Origin: an uncultured delta proteobacterium
Lineage (GTDB): Bacteria; Desulfobacterota; Syntrophia; Syntrophales; UBA2185
Length of the DNA stretch: 64,000 nucleotides
Assembly: GCA_963695875.1 (NCBI GenBank)
Contig: CAVOID010000003.1
Location: forward strand, 64,001 to 128,000
Direction of reading: 5' to 3'
The position numbers and the translations under genes are program-made. The notes under the pieces are model-generated. The model saw nothing but the letters and a program-made list of their open reading frames with translations, ran no database searches and was not told where the DNA came from. This document shows positions 1 through 11,699 of the stretch, piece by piece (the first letter of the stretch is position 1; each line of letters opens with the position of its first letter).

Positions 1-38
1 CGATTACGCATGGTTTAAAGACAGGTACAGGATGATCC

Positions 39-953
39 ATGTCTAAAAAAATTGAATTCAAAGTCGGACTATTTGTAGTGATTACATCATTGTTGATCAT
101 TGCATCTGTAATATATCTGGCTTATAGTAAAGGTTTTTTTACAAGAGAATACATCTATACCCTCTCATCAAAAACCGGTGAGGACCTGACTGAGGGAATG
201 CCGGTCCTGTTTTCCGGTTATAAAATTGGAAGGGTAGAAACGTTAGAACTCAATGATCAGGGGATACTCCTGATAAAAATTAGAATTCCGGAACAGCACG
301 CAAAATGGATCAGGTCTAACAGTACGTTCAGTCTTTATAAACCTCTTATAGGCTCCTCCAGACTTATCGTTGCTACGGAGAACTTGAACAGCCCGGAATT
401 GTCGCCTAAAACCATCCCCGAGATTGTAGTGGTAAATGACATTAACGAGGCGATAAAAAAGATTCAGCCCATTCTAGAAAAGGTGGATAAGGTGGCAACA
501 AATGTTGAACTCATTACAGCCAATCTCGCTGATCCTCAGGGTAGTGTTAACAAGATTTTAAGCCACTCGGAAAAACTTACAAGCAATCTGGCAAAAAAAG
601 ATACGCTCCTCGAGATGGCTGTAGGATCAAAGGAGAGTGTTCACTCGGTTAATGATTCCCTAAAAAAGATCAGAGATATCCTTGTAAAAACGGATGAGCA
701 GGTTTACGGAAACGACGGTATGCTGATGCTAATCAGAAATATTCTTAAGGATATCATTATGAAACTGGAAAAAATCGATGTCGCCCTTGATAATGTAGTA
801 AAGATCAGCGCAGATACGGCTGATTCAACAAAGGATTTAAAATTATTAAGAGCCGAGATCGACGCAACGGTTAATTCTATTGGCAAGCTGGTCAATGAAA
901 TTGATAAAAAAATCCCCTTTAAAAAAGAACCGGAAGCAATTAAACTACCATGA
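39..953 (+). CDS. MlaD/MCE-family protein
   Basis: N-terminal TM helix, MCE-domain pattern (LTEGMPVLFSGYKIGRV), long helical C-terminus. Confidence 0.85.
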   Translation: MSKKIEFKVGLFVVITSLLIIASVIYLAYSKGFFTREYIYTLSSKTGEDLTEGMPVLFSGYKIGRVETLELNDQGILLIKIRIPEQHAKWIRSNSTFSLYKPLIGSSRLIVATENLNSPELSPKTIPEIVVVNDINEAIKKIQPILEKVDKVATNVELITANLADPQGSVNKILSHSEKLTSNLAKKDTLLEMAVGSKESVHSVNDSLKKIRDILVKTDEQVYGNDGMLMLIRNILKDIIMKLEKIDVALDNVVKISADTADSTKDLKLLRAEIDATVNSIGKLVNEIDKKIPFKKEPEAIKLP

Positions 954-1615
954 AAAAAATTGCTTATCTGATTACTATCGGCATTTTACTGTTTGGCTGC
1001 GGCTCATCAAAACCAGTCCCTGACTGGAAGAATACCTCATTTAATCAACTGGATAATTATAAGAAAAGCTATTTGAGCGGCAGAGAGGGTATTGCCGAGG
1101 TATATTTTAATAGAGCAGTTGATGAGATCAAGCGCAGTGGGGATCTGGAAGTACTTGCCCGGGCTTATCTCACAAAATATGCTGTTCAAGTCGCCGTCCT
1201 CGAGGCTTTTGACGACAGAGAGTACCTTAGAATAGATGCCGCTGCACCCGTTTCGCAAAACAGGAACTTTTACAACTTTTTGAAAGGGTCCTTCGATGAG
1301 GTGGACGAAGGCCTGCTACCCCGGCAATATGACGGTTTCTTGAGGGCCTTTCTAAAAGGTGGTGCTGAAGACGTTGCAACTGAAATTTCGAGAATAGACG
1401 ACCCCCTGTCGAAATTAATTACGATTGGCCTTCTTGTTCAAAAAAATAAATATGATGAAAGAATTTTGAATATAGCAATTGATTCCGCTTCACATGATGG
1501 GTGGAAGAAGGCTCTCTTGGTTTATCTGGGGAAATTACAATCTTTTTATGATAAAATTGACGAGCCGGAAAAAGCTGCTAACATAGAGCAACGCATCCAA
1601 ATCCTGAAAAAATAG
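950..1615 (+). CDS. Putative lipoprotein, translationally coupled to the MCE gene
   Basis: Lipobox LFGC; ATGA overlap with upstream stop. Confidence 0.7.
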   Translation: MKKIAYLITIGILLFGCGSSKPVPDWKNTSFNQLDNYKKSYLSGREGIAEVYFNRAVDEIKRSGDLEVLARAYLTKYAVQVAVLEAFDDREYLRIDAAAPVSQNRNFYNFLKGSFDEVDEGLLPRQYDGFLRAFLKGGAEDVATEISRIDDPLSKLITIGLLVQKNKYDERILNIAIDSASHDGWKKALLVYLGKLQSFYDKIDEPEKAANIEQRIQILKK

Positions 1616-1738
1616 CCCATACCTTAAGGTTGCAATATACGAGGCTATAGGTGCATGACGGAAGAAAACGGAAATTTGATAAAATACCCTTGATCTACAA
1701 AGCATCATATTAAAATATCATTCTATAGGAGGGAAATA

Positions 1739-2110
1739 ATGGCAGAAGAAACAAAGAAAAAGGTACATAAAAAAGAAGAAAAGTCGCTGGAAAAAATGAC
1801 CGTCAAAGAACTAAAAGTAATAGCAATGGAGATCCCAAGAGCAGTAGCAGTCCATGACATGAAAAAGGGAGAACTTATAGCTTTCATCAAGGAAGCAAGG
1901 GGCATCAAGGAAGAGGCGCCTGTTAAGGTAGAGAAAAAAGTCGTAGAGAAGATAAAACTGAGTAAAGGTGAGATAAAGGGAAAGATTAAACAGCTCAAGG
2001 AAGAAAAAAAGGCAGCGCAGGAAGCGTTTAACAGAAAAAAAATAGATTTTCTACGCCGCCGTATAAGTCGCTTGAAAAAGCAAACGCGTAGAATGACAAA
2101 TGTGAACTAA
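1739..2110 (+). CDS. Small basic protein with Rho-N-like helix-extended-helix motif
   Basis: LEKMTVKELKVIA...MKKGELI motif; AGGAGG RBS; Lys-rich coiled coil. Confidence 0.65.
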   Translation: MAEETKKKVHKKEEKSLEKMTVKELKVIAMEIPRAVAVHDMKKGELIAFIKEARGIKEEAPVKVEKKVVEKIKLSKGEIKGKIKQLKEEKKAAQEAFNRKKIDFLRRRISRLKKQTRRMTNVN

Positions 2111-2159
2111 TTATTTTTTCGATGAAAACGATCCTGTTCTTAAACAAAAGTGCTCCTTC

Positions 2160-2188
2160 AAAAAAACCTGCGTGTCATCTCTCGCAGG
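2160..2188 (-). terminator. Intrinsic terminator
   Basis: CCTGCG/CGCAGG stem followed by T7 on the minus strand. Confidence 0.55.
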
Positions 2189-2383
2189 ATTACCGGCACA
2201 TATGGACTGACATTAACCGATCTAGTGATGGTCATCATTCTATTTGGTATTCTGCGTCCGTTGCTTATGGAACCTTCCAGATATACACAAAAATAGCTTA
2301 TAAGATTAACTTATTACATGATTTAAAAGAATTCATTAATGTGAAAAATAATTTCACAATTTCTTCTTTTTCGATTTAAGTAA

Positions 2384-3036
2384 TCAATTTCTTGTAATTC
2401 GGGTATAACGGGTCCAGCTCGTGATGTTCCAGTCGGGATCTATGGAAGGAATTTTCCTTTCATCAAAGGGATTAAGACCGCATTTTCGGGCAAAATAACG
2501 GTGGAATGCAACACAGCCCGTCAATTCAGGATGAAAAACGGTGACCAGTACATCGGAGCTTTCCGCGGCAGCAATGTAGTCATCCATCTTAAGAAGAACA
2601 TTCACCCCCTCACCGGCACGCAAAATCTTAGGTGCCCGAATGAAAGTGAGAGGTATGGATTGTGACGCAACCTGGGGAATGTTAGCTTCACACACAAAAC
2701 TTTCAAGCTGGCTCCCAAAACTGTTGCGCTCAATCTCAATGTCAATCAGGTCTGAGATGGGCCGGTTCACCGACAACGGATCTTGCAAGGAGAATTGCCC
2801 CGGCACATGTCCCCCAGATTTTCATTCCCCGCCGGAATTCATGGAGAATGCCTTCTTCAATACCGAAGATACGTATCAGCCGGGACATGCACGTACTTTC
2901 ACCACCGGGTATAATCAGACCGGCAAGATTTCGAAAATCACTCTGGTTCTTTGACCGGTAAGCAGGTAATACCTAAACGCTCCAGGTGATCGAGATGTTC
3001 AACGACACCACCTTGAAGATTGAGAACGCCGATCAT
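2384..3036 (-). CDS. pdxT: PLP synthase glutaminase subunit (apparent frameshifts)
   Basis: Read from DNA across frames: MIGVLNLQGG, LIIPGGEST, WGTCAG, RNSFGSQ, FIRAP, FHPEL; directly downstream of pdxS. Confidence 0.9.
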
Positions 3037-3040
3037 TCAC

Positions 3041-3923
3041 TTACCATCCCCGTCCGGCGAGGAGCTGCCCCTCAGGAATTTCGGATATTTCAAGTCCCGG
3101 CATTGCTTCTCCGAGGCCCATGGATGCTTCCAGCACTTTGGCCGGGTCATTGTAGTATGCCGTTGCCTTGACAATTGCCCGGGCACGCACTGCCGGATTT
3201 TCCGATTTGAAGATTCCGGAACCCACGAAGATTCCGTCACACCCTAACTGCATCATCAATGCAGCATCGGCAGGGGTCGCAATACCGCCGGCGGCAAAAT
3301 TAACCACCGGCAGACGCTCCAGTTCCCGTACCTGGAGGGCAAGTTCATAAGGTATGCCATTTACCTTTGCATAACCGGTAACCTCTTCGACCGGCATACT
3401 GATAAGCTGTCTGATTTCGCGGTTCATCGTACGGATATGACGGACCGCCTCAACGACATTGCCCGTTCCGGCCTCGCCCTTTGGTACGGATCATGGCGGC
3501 ACCTTCGGCGATGCGACGCAGGGCCTCCCCAAGATTACGGGCGCCACAGACGAAGGGGATGGAAAACTTTGTCTTGTCGATATGGCATTCTTCATCGGCG
3601 GGGGTTAACACCTCGCTCTCGTCAATGTAGTCGATTTTCAGTGCTTCCAATATCTGGGCTTCAACAAAATGGCCGATCCTTGCCTTGGCCATGACAGGTA
3701 TTGATACGGCCTTTTTTATTTCAAGGATCATTGCTGGGTCGGACATCCTGGCAACACCACCCTGTGTGCGGATGTCCGCCGGAACCCTCTCCAGGGCCAT
3801 TACGGCGACGGCGCCTGCCTCCTCGGCGATCTTCGCCTGTTCCACATTGGTCACGTCCATGATGACGCCGCCTTTTAACATCTGAGCCAGCTGAACATTC
3901 AGTTCGTATCTCTTTTTATCCAC
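3041..3923 (-). CDS. pdxS: PLP synthase lyase subunit (frameshift near 3470)
   Basis: [38 protein letters not shown] in two ORF fragments. Confidence 0.95.
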
Positions 3924-4086
3924 TTTATTTTGCCTCCCTCACCCATGATTTAACCTTGGGTATATGAGTGTTTTTCAAATGTTCCTCGATTTCATACGAG
4001 ATGGACGTATAGTAATTATTTCTTATCAGTTAATATAGTATTGTCAAGAAGAATAATCAAGGGTGATGACATCGGGATTCGACGCA

Positions 4087-4869
4087 TTACCACGTCATCC
4101 TCGTTTTTACACCATGCGTGTGTAGATATGCTCTTAATCTCCGAGATCGTATAGTGTCTGTAATGGACCATGGATGCGATCAGAGCTGCATCTGCTTTCC
4201 CGCGGGTCAGAACATCGACAAGGTGCTCCGGTTTTCCTGCTCCTCCCGAAGCAATCACCGGTATGCGAACGTTCGTCGATATGAGAGGTGTCAGTTCAAG
4301 TTCATACCCTTCCTGCGTCCCGTCGGCATCGATCGAATTCAGGCAGATTTCTCCCGCCCCCAGGTTTTCCGCCTCTTTCGCCCACCACAGGGCGTCGATC
4401 CCTGTATATACTCCGTCCTCCATGAATGACAATTTCATAGCCTGATGGGAACTTGTTCGTTCGGCTCCACTTTCTTTACATCCATGCCCAGGACGACACA
4501 CTGGCTGCCGAAGGCCTTTGCACCTTCGGCAATCAGAGGTGGATTTTTCACCGCCTCGGAGTTGACGCTGATCTTCTCCGCACCGGCCAGGATGACGCGC
4601 CTCATGTCTTCCACCGTGCGGATGCCGCCGCCGACGGAGAAAGGGATGAAAATCGTTTCCGCTACCCGCCGCACTACGTCAATCATGATGTCGCGCCCAT
4701 CGGATGAGGCGGTAATGTCATAGAAGACAATCTCATCGGCGCCCTGCTCATAGTACTCCCGCGCCGCTTCGACGGGATCGCCGATATCGATATTGCCCTT
4801 GAATTTAATCCCTTTGGTAAGCTTCCCGTCACGCACATCCAGGCAGGGTATGATCCGTTTACTCAGCAT
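4087..4869 (-). CDS. hisF: Imidazole glycerol phosphate synthase cyclase subunit (frameshifted)
   Basis: [28 protein letters not shown]. Confidence 0.93.
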
Positions 4870-5502
4870 CTTGCCCTCCCCAGCGGCAGAAATTGGTCAG
4901 AATCTGAAGTCCCGGCCGTCCCGCTTTTCTCCGGATGAAATTGAACGGCTACCAAATTTCCGCGGGCCACGGCGCAGCAGAAAAGGCATGTCCGTAATCG
5001 GTCCATCCGATAACCCATCGATCATCATCGGGAGCCGGATAATAGGAATGGACAAAGTAAAATTCAGCTCCACTCGGGAATCCCCGGAACACGGGGTGAT
5101 CCTTTCGAAAGGCTACATGGTTCCATCCCATGTGGGGAATTTTGAGCGTTCATCGCCCTGTTGCAGATCCTGCGGGAATCGTTTAACTGTCACCCGGTAC
5201 GATACCCAGGCATTGTCGTGTCATTTTCTTCGCTGTATTCAAAGATCACCTGTGTCCCAAGGCAAATGCCCAGTACGGGTTTCCCCTGCTGAACCCATTC
5301 CCGTATCCATTTATCCAGCTGTGTCTGTCTGGAGGTTGGACCATAGCCTCACCTGCCGCTCCGACACCGGGAAAGATGATATGGCTGGCCTGCGCTTAAG
5401 TATCTCGGGATCATCAGTGATCATGCACGGTTCCCTGAAATAATTGAGCGCCCGTGCCACGCTGGTCAGATTCCCTGCCCGATAATCAACAATACCAATC
5501 AT
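4859..5502 (-). CDS. hisH: Imidazole glycerol phosphate synthase glutaminase subunit (several frameshifts)
   Basis: [39 protein letters not shown] read across frames. Confidence 0.9.
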
Positions 5503-5553
5503 GATTATTAATTAAGAACCTTTCTTTGCTTCTACAGGAAAATGTCTATTCGT

Positions 5554-5627
5554 TGTCATTTCGACAAAGGGGAATACTCTCTAATATTAGATAGTTATTA
5601 AAATTTCTCATTTCATTTGAAATGCAA
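5554..5627. repeat. Degenerate REP-like palindromic element
   Basis: TGTCATTTCGAC...TTGAAATGCA ends resemble the GTCATTTCGA...TCGAAATGAC repeat type. Confidence 0.4.
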
Positions 5628-5642
5628 ACAATTACGCAACAC

Positions 5643-6592
5643 TTATATCTTATCATAATGAATTCCCTGAAAAGTATTTCTCTTCTCCAGTTCCCTGTCG
5701 ATTGCATTTAATACTTCCATCTTGTTGACCGCCCACTGCGGAGCCAGGAAGATATCCCGGTAACCATCGGCGGTCAGCCGCTGAATGACCATCTCCGGCG
5801 GCAGAATTTCCAGGATATCGCATACAGTCCGTACGTATTCGTCTTTGTCTCAGCATGTAAATCTTCCCCTGTTCGTAGAGATCACCCATCATCGTTCCCT
5901 CTGAGGGCGAGGAGCAGATGAATTTTGATTCCCTGAATCGGGAGCGTTGCAAGTGACCCTTGCCGTTTCCAGCATATCCTCCTGTGTTTCTCCCGGCAGA
6001 CCGACGATGATATGGGTACAAATATGTATATTTTTACCCGAGGCCCTTCGTACCGCGTCTAAAAAGGTTTCCGCCGAATGTCCCCTGTTGATAAACTGCA
6101 GCGTTCGTTGTGGATCGACTGGAGACCCAATTCCAGCCATACATGGGACTGCTCTCTGCATACTCTTGAAAAAGATCAAGGACATCATCGGGAACGCAAT
6201 CCGGACGCGTCCCCACGGAAAGACCGACGATATCGTCTTCCTCTGCCAGGGCCTCGTCGTACAAGCGCTCTCAGTTTCTCAATCGGTCCATAGGTATTGG
6301 TAAAGGTCTGGAAATAGGCAATGAACTTACCCGCATTTCTGTGCTTTCTGTAATATTCTTTTCCCCTGCGTATCTGCTCACCGACGGAGGGAAGCGGCCC
6401 GGCCTGCCGCAGGCGCGAACCCCGGCCGTCACAGTAGATGCATCCCCCGGACGATACCGTTCCGTCCCGGTTCGGGCAGGTAAATCCCGCGTCAATCGGG
6501 AGCTTGTAGACCTTGCACCCGAAGCGGTTGCGCCAGAAGCTTTTCAGATCGTAATATCGTTTTGTGTTGTTCCAGAATGTCGGTTTTAACAA
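5643..6592 (-). CDS. TIGR01212-family (YhcC/YtqA-like) radical SAM protein (several frameshifts)
   Basis: DAGFTCPNRDG...GCIYC, YFQTFTNTY, GLSVGTRPDC, HIIVGLPGE. Confidence 0.88.
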
Positions 6593-6694
6593 AATGCCTC
6601 TTTTTTATTGTATTTTCTCAATCAATATTATTATATACGATACATGTAAGATTTTCAATCATTATGAAACTCCTTGTGGAAGAGGTCATAGCGT

Positions 6695-8588
6695 TTGCAG
6701 AGAGATTATGATGTCATCGTGGTGGGCGGCGGTCATGCCGGCTGTGAGGCAGCCCTGGCGGCGGCGCGGATGGGCTGCTCCACGATTCTGTTTAACATCA
6801 ATCTGGATTCCGTCGCCCTCATGTCGTGCAATCCGGCGATCGGCGGTCTCGCCAAGGGCCAGCTTGTCAAGGAAATCGACGCCCTGGGCGGCGAGATGGG
6901 AAAGATCGCCGATAAAACCGCCGTCCATTTTCGTCTGCTCAATGCATCGAAAGGGCCGGCCGTGCAATCCTCCCGCTTCCAGTGCGACAAGCAGCTCTAC
7001 CGGCTTGCCATGAAAGCTACCGTTGTGGAAAAGGAAAAAAACCTCCATCTCAGACAGACGCTCATCGACCGACTCATTGTCGAGGATGGAAGAGTCGTTG
7101 GTGTGGAGGATCATATCGGCGTCTTTTATCGCGGAAAGGCTGTGATCATTACGACGGGGACTTTCCTTAAACGGTTGATCCACATCGGCACCGTCCATTA
7201 CCCGGCAGGAAGGGCCGGTGAAATGGCCTCCATTCATCTGGCCGAATCACTGCAGAAAACTGGGATTTGAGATGGGGCGGATGAAGACAGGCACACCGCC
7301 GAGACTGCGCGCTTCCACCATCGATTTTTCGAGACTCGAACGCCAGGACAGCGATCCCGATCCGGAACCATTTTCATTTACCACGGAAAGGCTGCGGGAA
7401 GAGAGGCTTCCTTCGTATTTTTCTTACACGACAGAGGAAACCCATCGTCTTATCGGGGAGAATATTATGCTTTCACCTCTCTATTCAGGCACCATCAAAG
7501 GGGTCAGCGCCCGCTACTGTCCCTCCCTGGAAGATAAAGTAATGCGCTTCTCCGACAAGGAAAGGCATCCTGTTGTCCTGGAGCATGAAGGACTGGAAAC
7601 AGAGGAGGTCTATGCGAAAGGCCTCGGAAACTGCATGCCGCAGGATCTTCAGGAACAGATCATTCACAGCGTTCCCGGCCTTGAAGAGGCGGAGGTCATG
7701 CGTTCCGCCTACGCCATCGAATACGATTTCGTGCAGCCGACAGAACTCCGGCAGACCCTGGAAACGAAACGTGTTGCCGGGTTGTATCTTGCCGGGCAGA
7801 TCAACGGCACCTCAGGGTATGAAGAAGCCGCCGCGCAGGGACTATGGGCTGGTATCAACGCGGCTCTTTCGGTTCAGGGGAAACCTCCTTTTATGCTCGA
7901 CCGTTCTGAGGCTTATATAGGTGTCATGATCGATGATCTCGTAACCAGGGGCGTTGATGAGCCATACCGTATGTTCACCTCCCGGGCGGAATACCGCCTG
8001 ATCCTCCGGGAGGATAACGCCGCTATCCGCCTGATGGGGAAAGGCTATGACCTGGGGCTGATTTCCCGTGAGCACCATGAGCGGCTGATAGAGAAGATCC
8101 GCCGAGTCGAAGAAGGTATCGGCAAACTCTCTTCCATTAAGATTTACCCCTGTCCTGAGGTCAACGCAACTCTTCAAGCAATGGGAACTCCACCAATCAA
8201 GAATCCCACTTCACTCTATCAGCTTCTCAAAAGATACGAAATTCACTATGACGATCTTAAAGCATTTGGGGCATGGGAGCCTGCACCTGACAAGCTGGTG
8301 AAAAAGCAGATTGAAATCGAATCAAAATATGAAGGTTACATTAAAAGGCAGATCGAAGCAATCAAGAAAATGAAAACGCTGGAAGGGAAAAGAATCCCGA
8401 CAAATATGAATTACTGCACCGTACCGGGGCTTTCCAACGAATTGAAAATGAAGCTGACCAGGGTGGAGCCCGCCACTATCGGACAGGCGGAAAGAATACC
8501 GGGAATGACCCAGTCGGCCCTTACCGCTATCCTAGTCACGATGAAAAAAATGGAGCTGCAAGCGGCACCCGTCAAAAGAACAACGTAA
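6695..8588 (+). CDS. mnmG: tRNA uridine-5-carboxymethylaminomethyl(34) enzyme MnmG/GidA (frameshift near 7255)
   Basis: [64 protein letters not shown]. Confidence 0.96.
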
Positions 8589-8668
8589 CCTAAATCTGCA
8601 TCTCGCGGTTAGTCAGAGGTGATAGGGACAGAATAACGTTTGAGTTTTTTATGATCCGTGACCTTCTA

Positions 8669-8700
8669 AAGCCCCTCTACACTCCTGCGCAAAGGGGCTT
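8669..8700. terminator. Hairpin between convergent genes
   Basis: AAGCCCCT...AGGGGCTT inverted repeat. Confidence 0.5.
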
Positions 8701-8727
8701 CAGATGTAAGCCTGATAACAAAAAAAA

Positions 8728-10317
8728 TCACATGGATAGAATTTTTTCCGCCTCTTTCCTATAAGCATCCATTACATAGGGTATACCCGATATTCTGGCT
8801 GCTTCCTCTGTCAGTGACATAACATCTTTCTGGGATACGAGAGAGAGGTTGAAGTTTCTGCTCCCCGCCATGAGCTGCTGTAGCCCGGACTTAAATTTCT
8901 GGCTGAAGGTGTAGAGCCCTATGGCACCAAAGGGAATATTCTTCAATTCGTTGCCGTATTTCTTCTTCAGCTCTTCGTAACTGACAAATATTTCTTCAAC
9001 AGTGTTACCGTATTTGGAAACCGTCTTCGGCAGATCTTTCGCCTTTAACCACTCTCCGATATTCTTACCCACCATACCGGGTATCATTAAACCTCTTCCC
9101 ATGCAAACTGCTTTTACATAGGGATTGCCCATTGCTATGGCCTTAAACACACCATCTTCCGTTGAGAATCCGCCGGCGATGGCAATATCAGGAACCCTGA
9201 TCTTCCTCTTCTTCAATTTATCGCAGAACTGCTGAGTGAGACACTGGATGTAGAATGTAGGAATGCCCCATTCGGTCATCATCGGCCAGGGACTCATCCC
9301 TGTTCCGCCCGGTGCCCCGTCTATCGTCAGGAGGTCTATTTCTGCCTCCGCACAGTAGCGAATGGCCATGGCAAGCTCAACAGCTGAGTATGCACCTGTC
9401 TTCAGTGTTATTCTCTTGAAGCCCACTTTACGTAGTCTCTCCACTTCCTCGAAAAATCCTTCTTCTGTCACAAAACCGAGTCGCGAGTGTCTCTCGAATT
9501 CTTTGATCGCCCCGTCTTTGAATGCGGCCTGGTTTTCAGACAGGGTGGGATCGGGCAGGACAATATACCCTCTCTTTTTCAGCTCGATAGCCCTTTCCAG
9601 GGAATTGACCTTGATTTCTCCGCCGATACACTTGGCGCCCTGTCCCCATTTCAGCTCAATCGTATCCAGCTTATGCTTATTGAGTACATATTCGGCCACG
9701 CCGAACCTCGTATCCTCGACGTTCATCTGAACGAGGATCTCACCATAGCCTTCATAGTAGCGTTTGTATGTTTCAATACGGCGATCCATTTCCGGAGACT
9801 TTTTTACCTTTCCCTTGCTGTCCAGCTCAAGCCCAGGATCAATCCCGCAGACATTCTCACCACACACAATGGTGATACCGGAAATGGCAGCGCCGACGGC
9901 AAAATGCTCCCAGTTCTTGCGGGCAATCTCTGTCGAACCCAGTGCACCCGTAAAAATCGGCAGACGCATCTTCACTTTTTGCTTCCACCCATATTCGGTT
10001 TCTGTGTCAACAGCAGGAAAAATCGCCGTATCGGGACCAGGCTTAACACTTTTTGGCAAGCCCATTGCGCCTACGGCATAACCCTGAATGCTGAGGTGGG
10101 AGTAATCGATAGGATAGTTCTTGTCAGCCCCGGCAGTCATTTCCCCAAAGCTTATGGGATACAAGACCTCACGGCCCCTGAACGTCGATAACCAGATTTC
10201 ACAGCCACCCCTGCATCCGTCAACACATCGCGTACAGATACCCGACATGGGCACCACATCTCTCGATCGGTTAAATGTTCCTGTCGCCTCGTTTGCATTT
10301 GGTTTTCTAAGATTCAT
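8728..10317 (-). CDS. Stand-alone FMN-binding glutamate synthase family protein (GltB2-like)
   Basis: IELKWGQGAK.IGG, TIDGAPGGTG, IAGG, AVCMGR; N-terminal Cys cluster CTRCVDGCRGGC. Confidence 0.88.
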   Translation of the reverse strand: MNLRKPNANEATGTFNRSRDVVPMSGICTRCVDGCRGGCEIWLSTFRGREVLYPISFGEMTAGADKNYPIDYSHLSIQGYAVGAMGLPKSVKPGPDTAIFPAVDTETEYGWKQKVKMRLPIFTGALGSTEIARKNWEHFAVGAAISGITIVCGENVCGIDPGLELDSKGKVKKSPEMDRRIETYKRYYEGYGEILVQMNVEDTRFGVAEYVLNKHKLDTIELKWGQGAKCIGGEIKVNSLERAIELKKRGYIVLPDPTLSENQAAFKDGAIKEFERHSRLGFVTEEGFFEEVERLRKVGFKRITLKTGAYSAVELAMAIRYCAEAEIDLLTIDGAPGGTGMSPWPMMTEWGIPTFYIQCLTQQFCDKLKKRKIRVPDIAIAGGFSTEDGVFKAIAMGNPYVKAVCMGRGLMIPGMVGKNIGEWLKAKDLPKTVSKYGNTVEEIFVSYEELKKKYGNELKNIPFGAIGLYTFSQKFKSGLQQLMAGSRNFNLSLVSQKDVMSLTEEAARISGIPYVMDAYRKEAEKILSM

Positions 10318-10382
10318 GCCTTTACTTCTCCTTCCTCTTATTATGGTATTATTTCAGATACTTTTCTTAGTACCGAATAGAA

Positions 10383-11409
10383 CTATTTACTTTTAAATGC
10401 CCTGCAAATTTCGGAAAATTTACGCAGTTCCTGAAAATCCATCACTGCAGCCATACCACGATTTTCTGTCTGTGATCCCAGCCTCTTGGGCACACGCAAT
10501 CGGGTTGAGTCCTCCTGTAAGAATCAGTCCTACTTTATTTAAATCCACATGTACTTGACAGACAGGTTCGCTCACTTCACCAATGGAAAGAACGCCGCCT
10601 ATTCTTACTTTATTGAGCTTGAGCACAAGTTCCTCGACAAGGGTCTTACATGGTGCAGGAATTTCCCTGAAGTTTGCCAGGATCTTACCCTCTCCCTGTT
10701 TAAGAACGTTGCGGACTGAGGTCATTTTTGCCATGATAAAGGTCTCTGACGGATCGAGTGAGGAGCCGGAATAATAGATCAGCTCAACAAATCTGAGCGG
10801 TTTCCTATCTTTTAGCTGAAGAATCCCCGCAAATTTTGAGTCCATGGGAATGCCTGCCTTCAGCAAAACACCGTTGATCACAATGCTGCAAACTGTTGCC
10901 AGACCGACCTTTACCCGCCGGTATAGGCACATTGCCCAACTGATCATGCTCTCCAGCAACCGCCACGAGATCACTCACTGCCATCCCTGCTTCAAAGGCC
11001 GGCCTCATTACCTTTGAGGGCATCTTTAAACTGTTCCTTAGGGAAGAGAGAAATATTCACGGGAAGAAGACCACGGCCATTAACAGGATCAAATGTTGTT
11101 CTGTAAGCAAGAATTTCTATGCGGGAGATGGCAAGTCCCACTTTATCCTGAACCATCGCATTATTGACTTCGTCGATGCCTCTGTCTGTTACAATTCTTC
11201 CCTCCCTTCTGCCTACAAGGCGAGTCAGCCCCCTTTCATCCATGAGCTTCAGATGATAACGCACAGCGCGCTCACTCAACATTACGCCCAAATCCTGCAT
11301 ACGTCTAGCAATAAGCCGTGCACCGACAGGTTGTCCGCTTTCTTTGAGAATTTGCAGGATAAGGACTATTTTTCTTTCAATTCCTCGTAGAATCAAAAAG
11401 TTTCTTCAT
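10383..11409 (-). CDS. nrpR: NrpR-family nitrogen repressor: winged HTH plus one NRD/DUF128 domain (frameshifted)
   Basis: GARLIA...ERAVRYHLKLMDERGLT wHTH; ATVCSIVINGVLLKAGIP, RFVELIYYSGSSLDPSE, GGLNPIAC NRD motifs. Confidence 0.88.
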
Positions 11410-11416
11410 AAGGTAA

Positions 11417-11434
11417 TCGGCAATTGTTTGCCGA
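11417..11434. promoter_or_regulatory. Candidate NrpR operator
   Basis: Perfect 7-bp inverted repeat TCGGCAA-TTGT-TTGCCGA (CGGCA-N6-TGCCG) between a minus-strand TTGACA (11461-11466) and the nrpR start. Confidence 0.65.
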
Positions 11435-11699
11435 CGCTATTAACAATATTACTGCTTACTTGTCAACAATAATGTACCATTATTTGTTTATTTTTAAGCA
11501 AAAATGTGCTATTTTCCGTGCGAAGATTTCCATAAATTATACCTTTTTTCAACATGGCATCTTTGATATAGTAAATCTAATGATCTAATAATTATTATTT
11601 ATTTTACCGTCATGCGACTGAGTCTTTTTAGTTAGAAAATAGTAGATCGGATAAAATCACATCGCGGACAATATACATAATCACAGGGAGGAAGATCGT

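Noticed and set aside
2340..2358. CRP or Rex binding site
   Set aside because: Half-site spacing (TGTGA-N9-TCACA) fits neither consensus.
2122..2379. 85-aa plus-strand ORF
   Set aside because: No RBS or motif, and it spans a terminator and an AT-rich regulatory tract.
11555..11572. Sigma54 promoter for gdh (TGGCATCTTTGATATAG)
   Set aside because: Good -24 box, but no GC at the -12 position.
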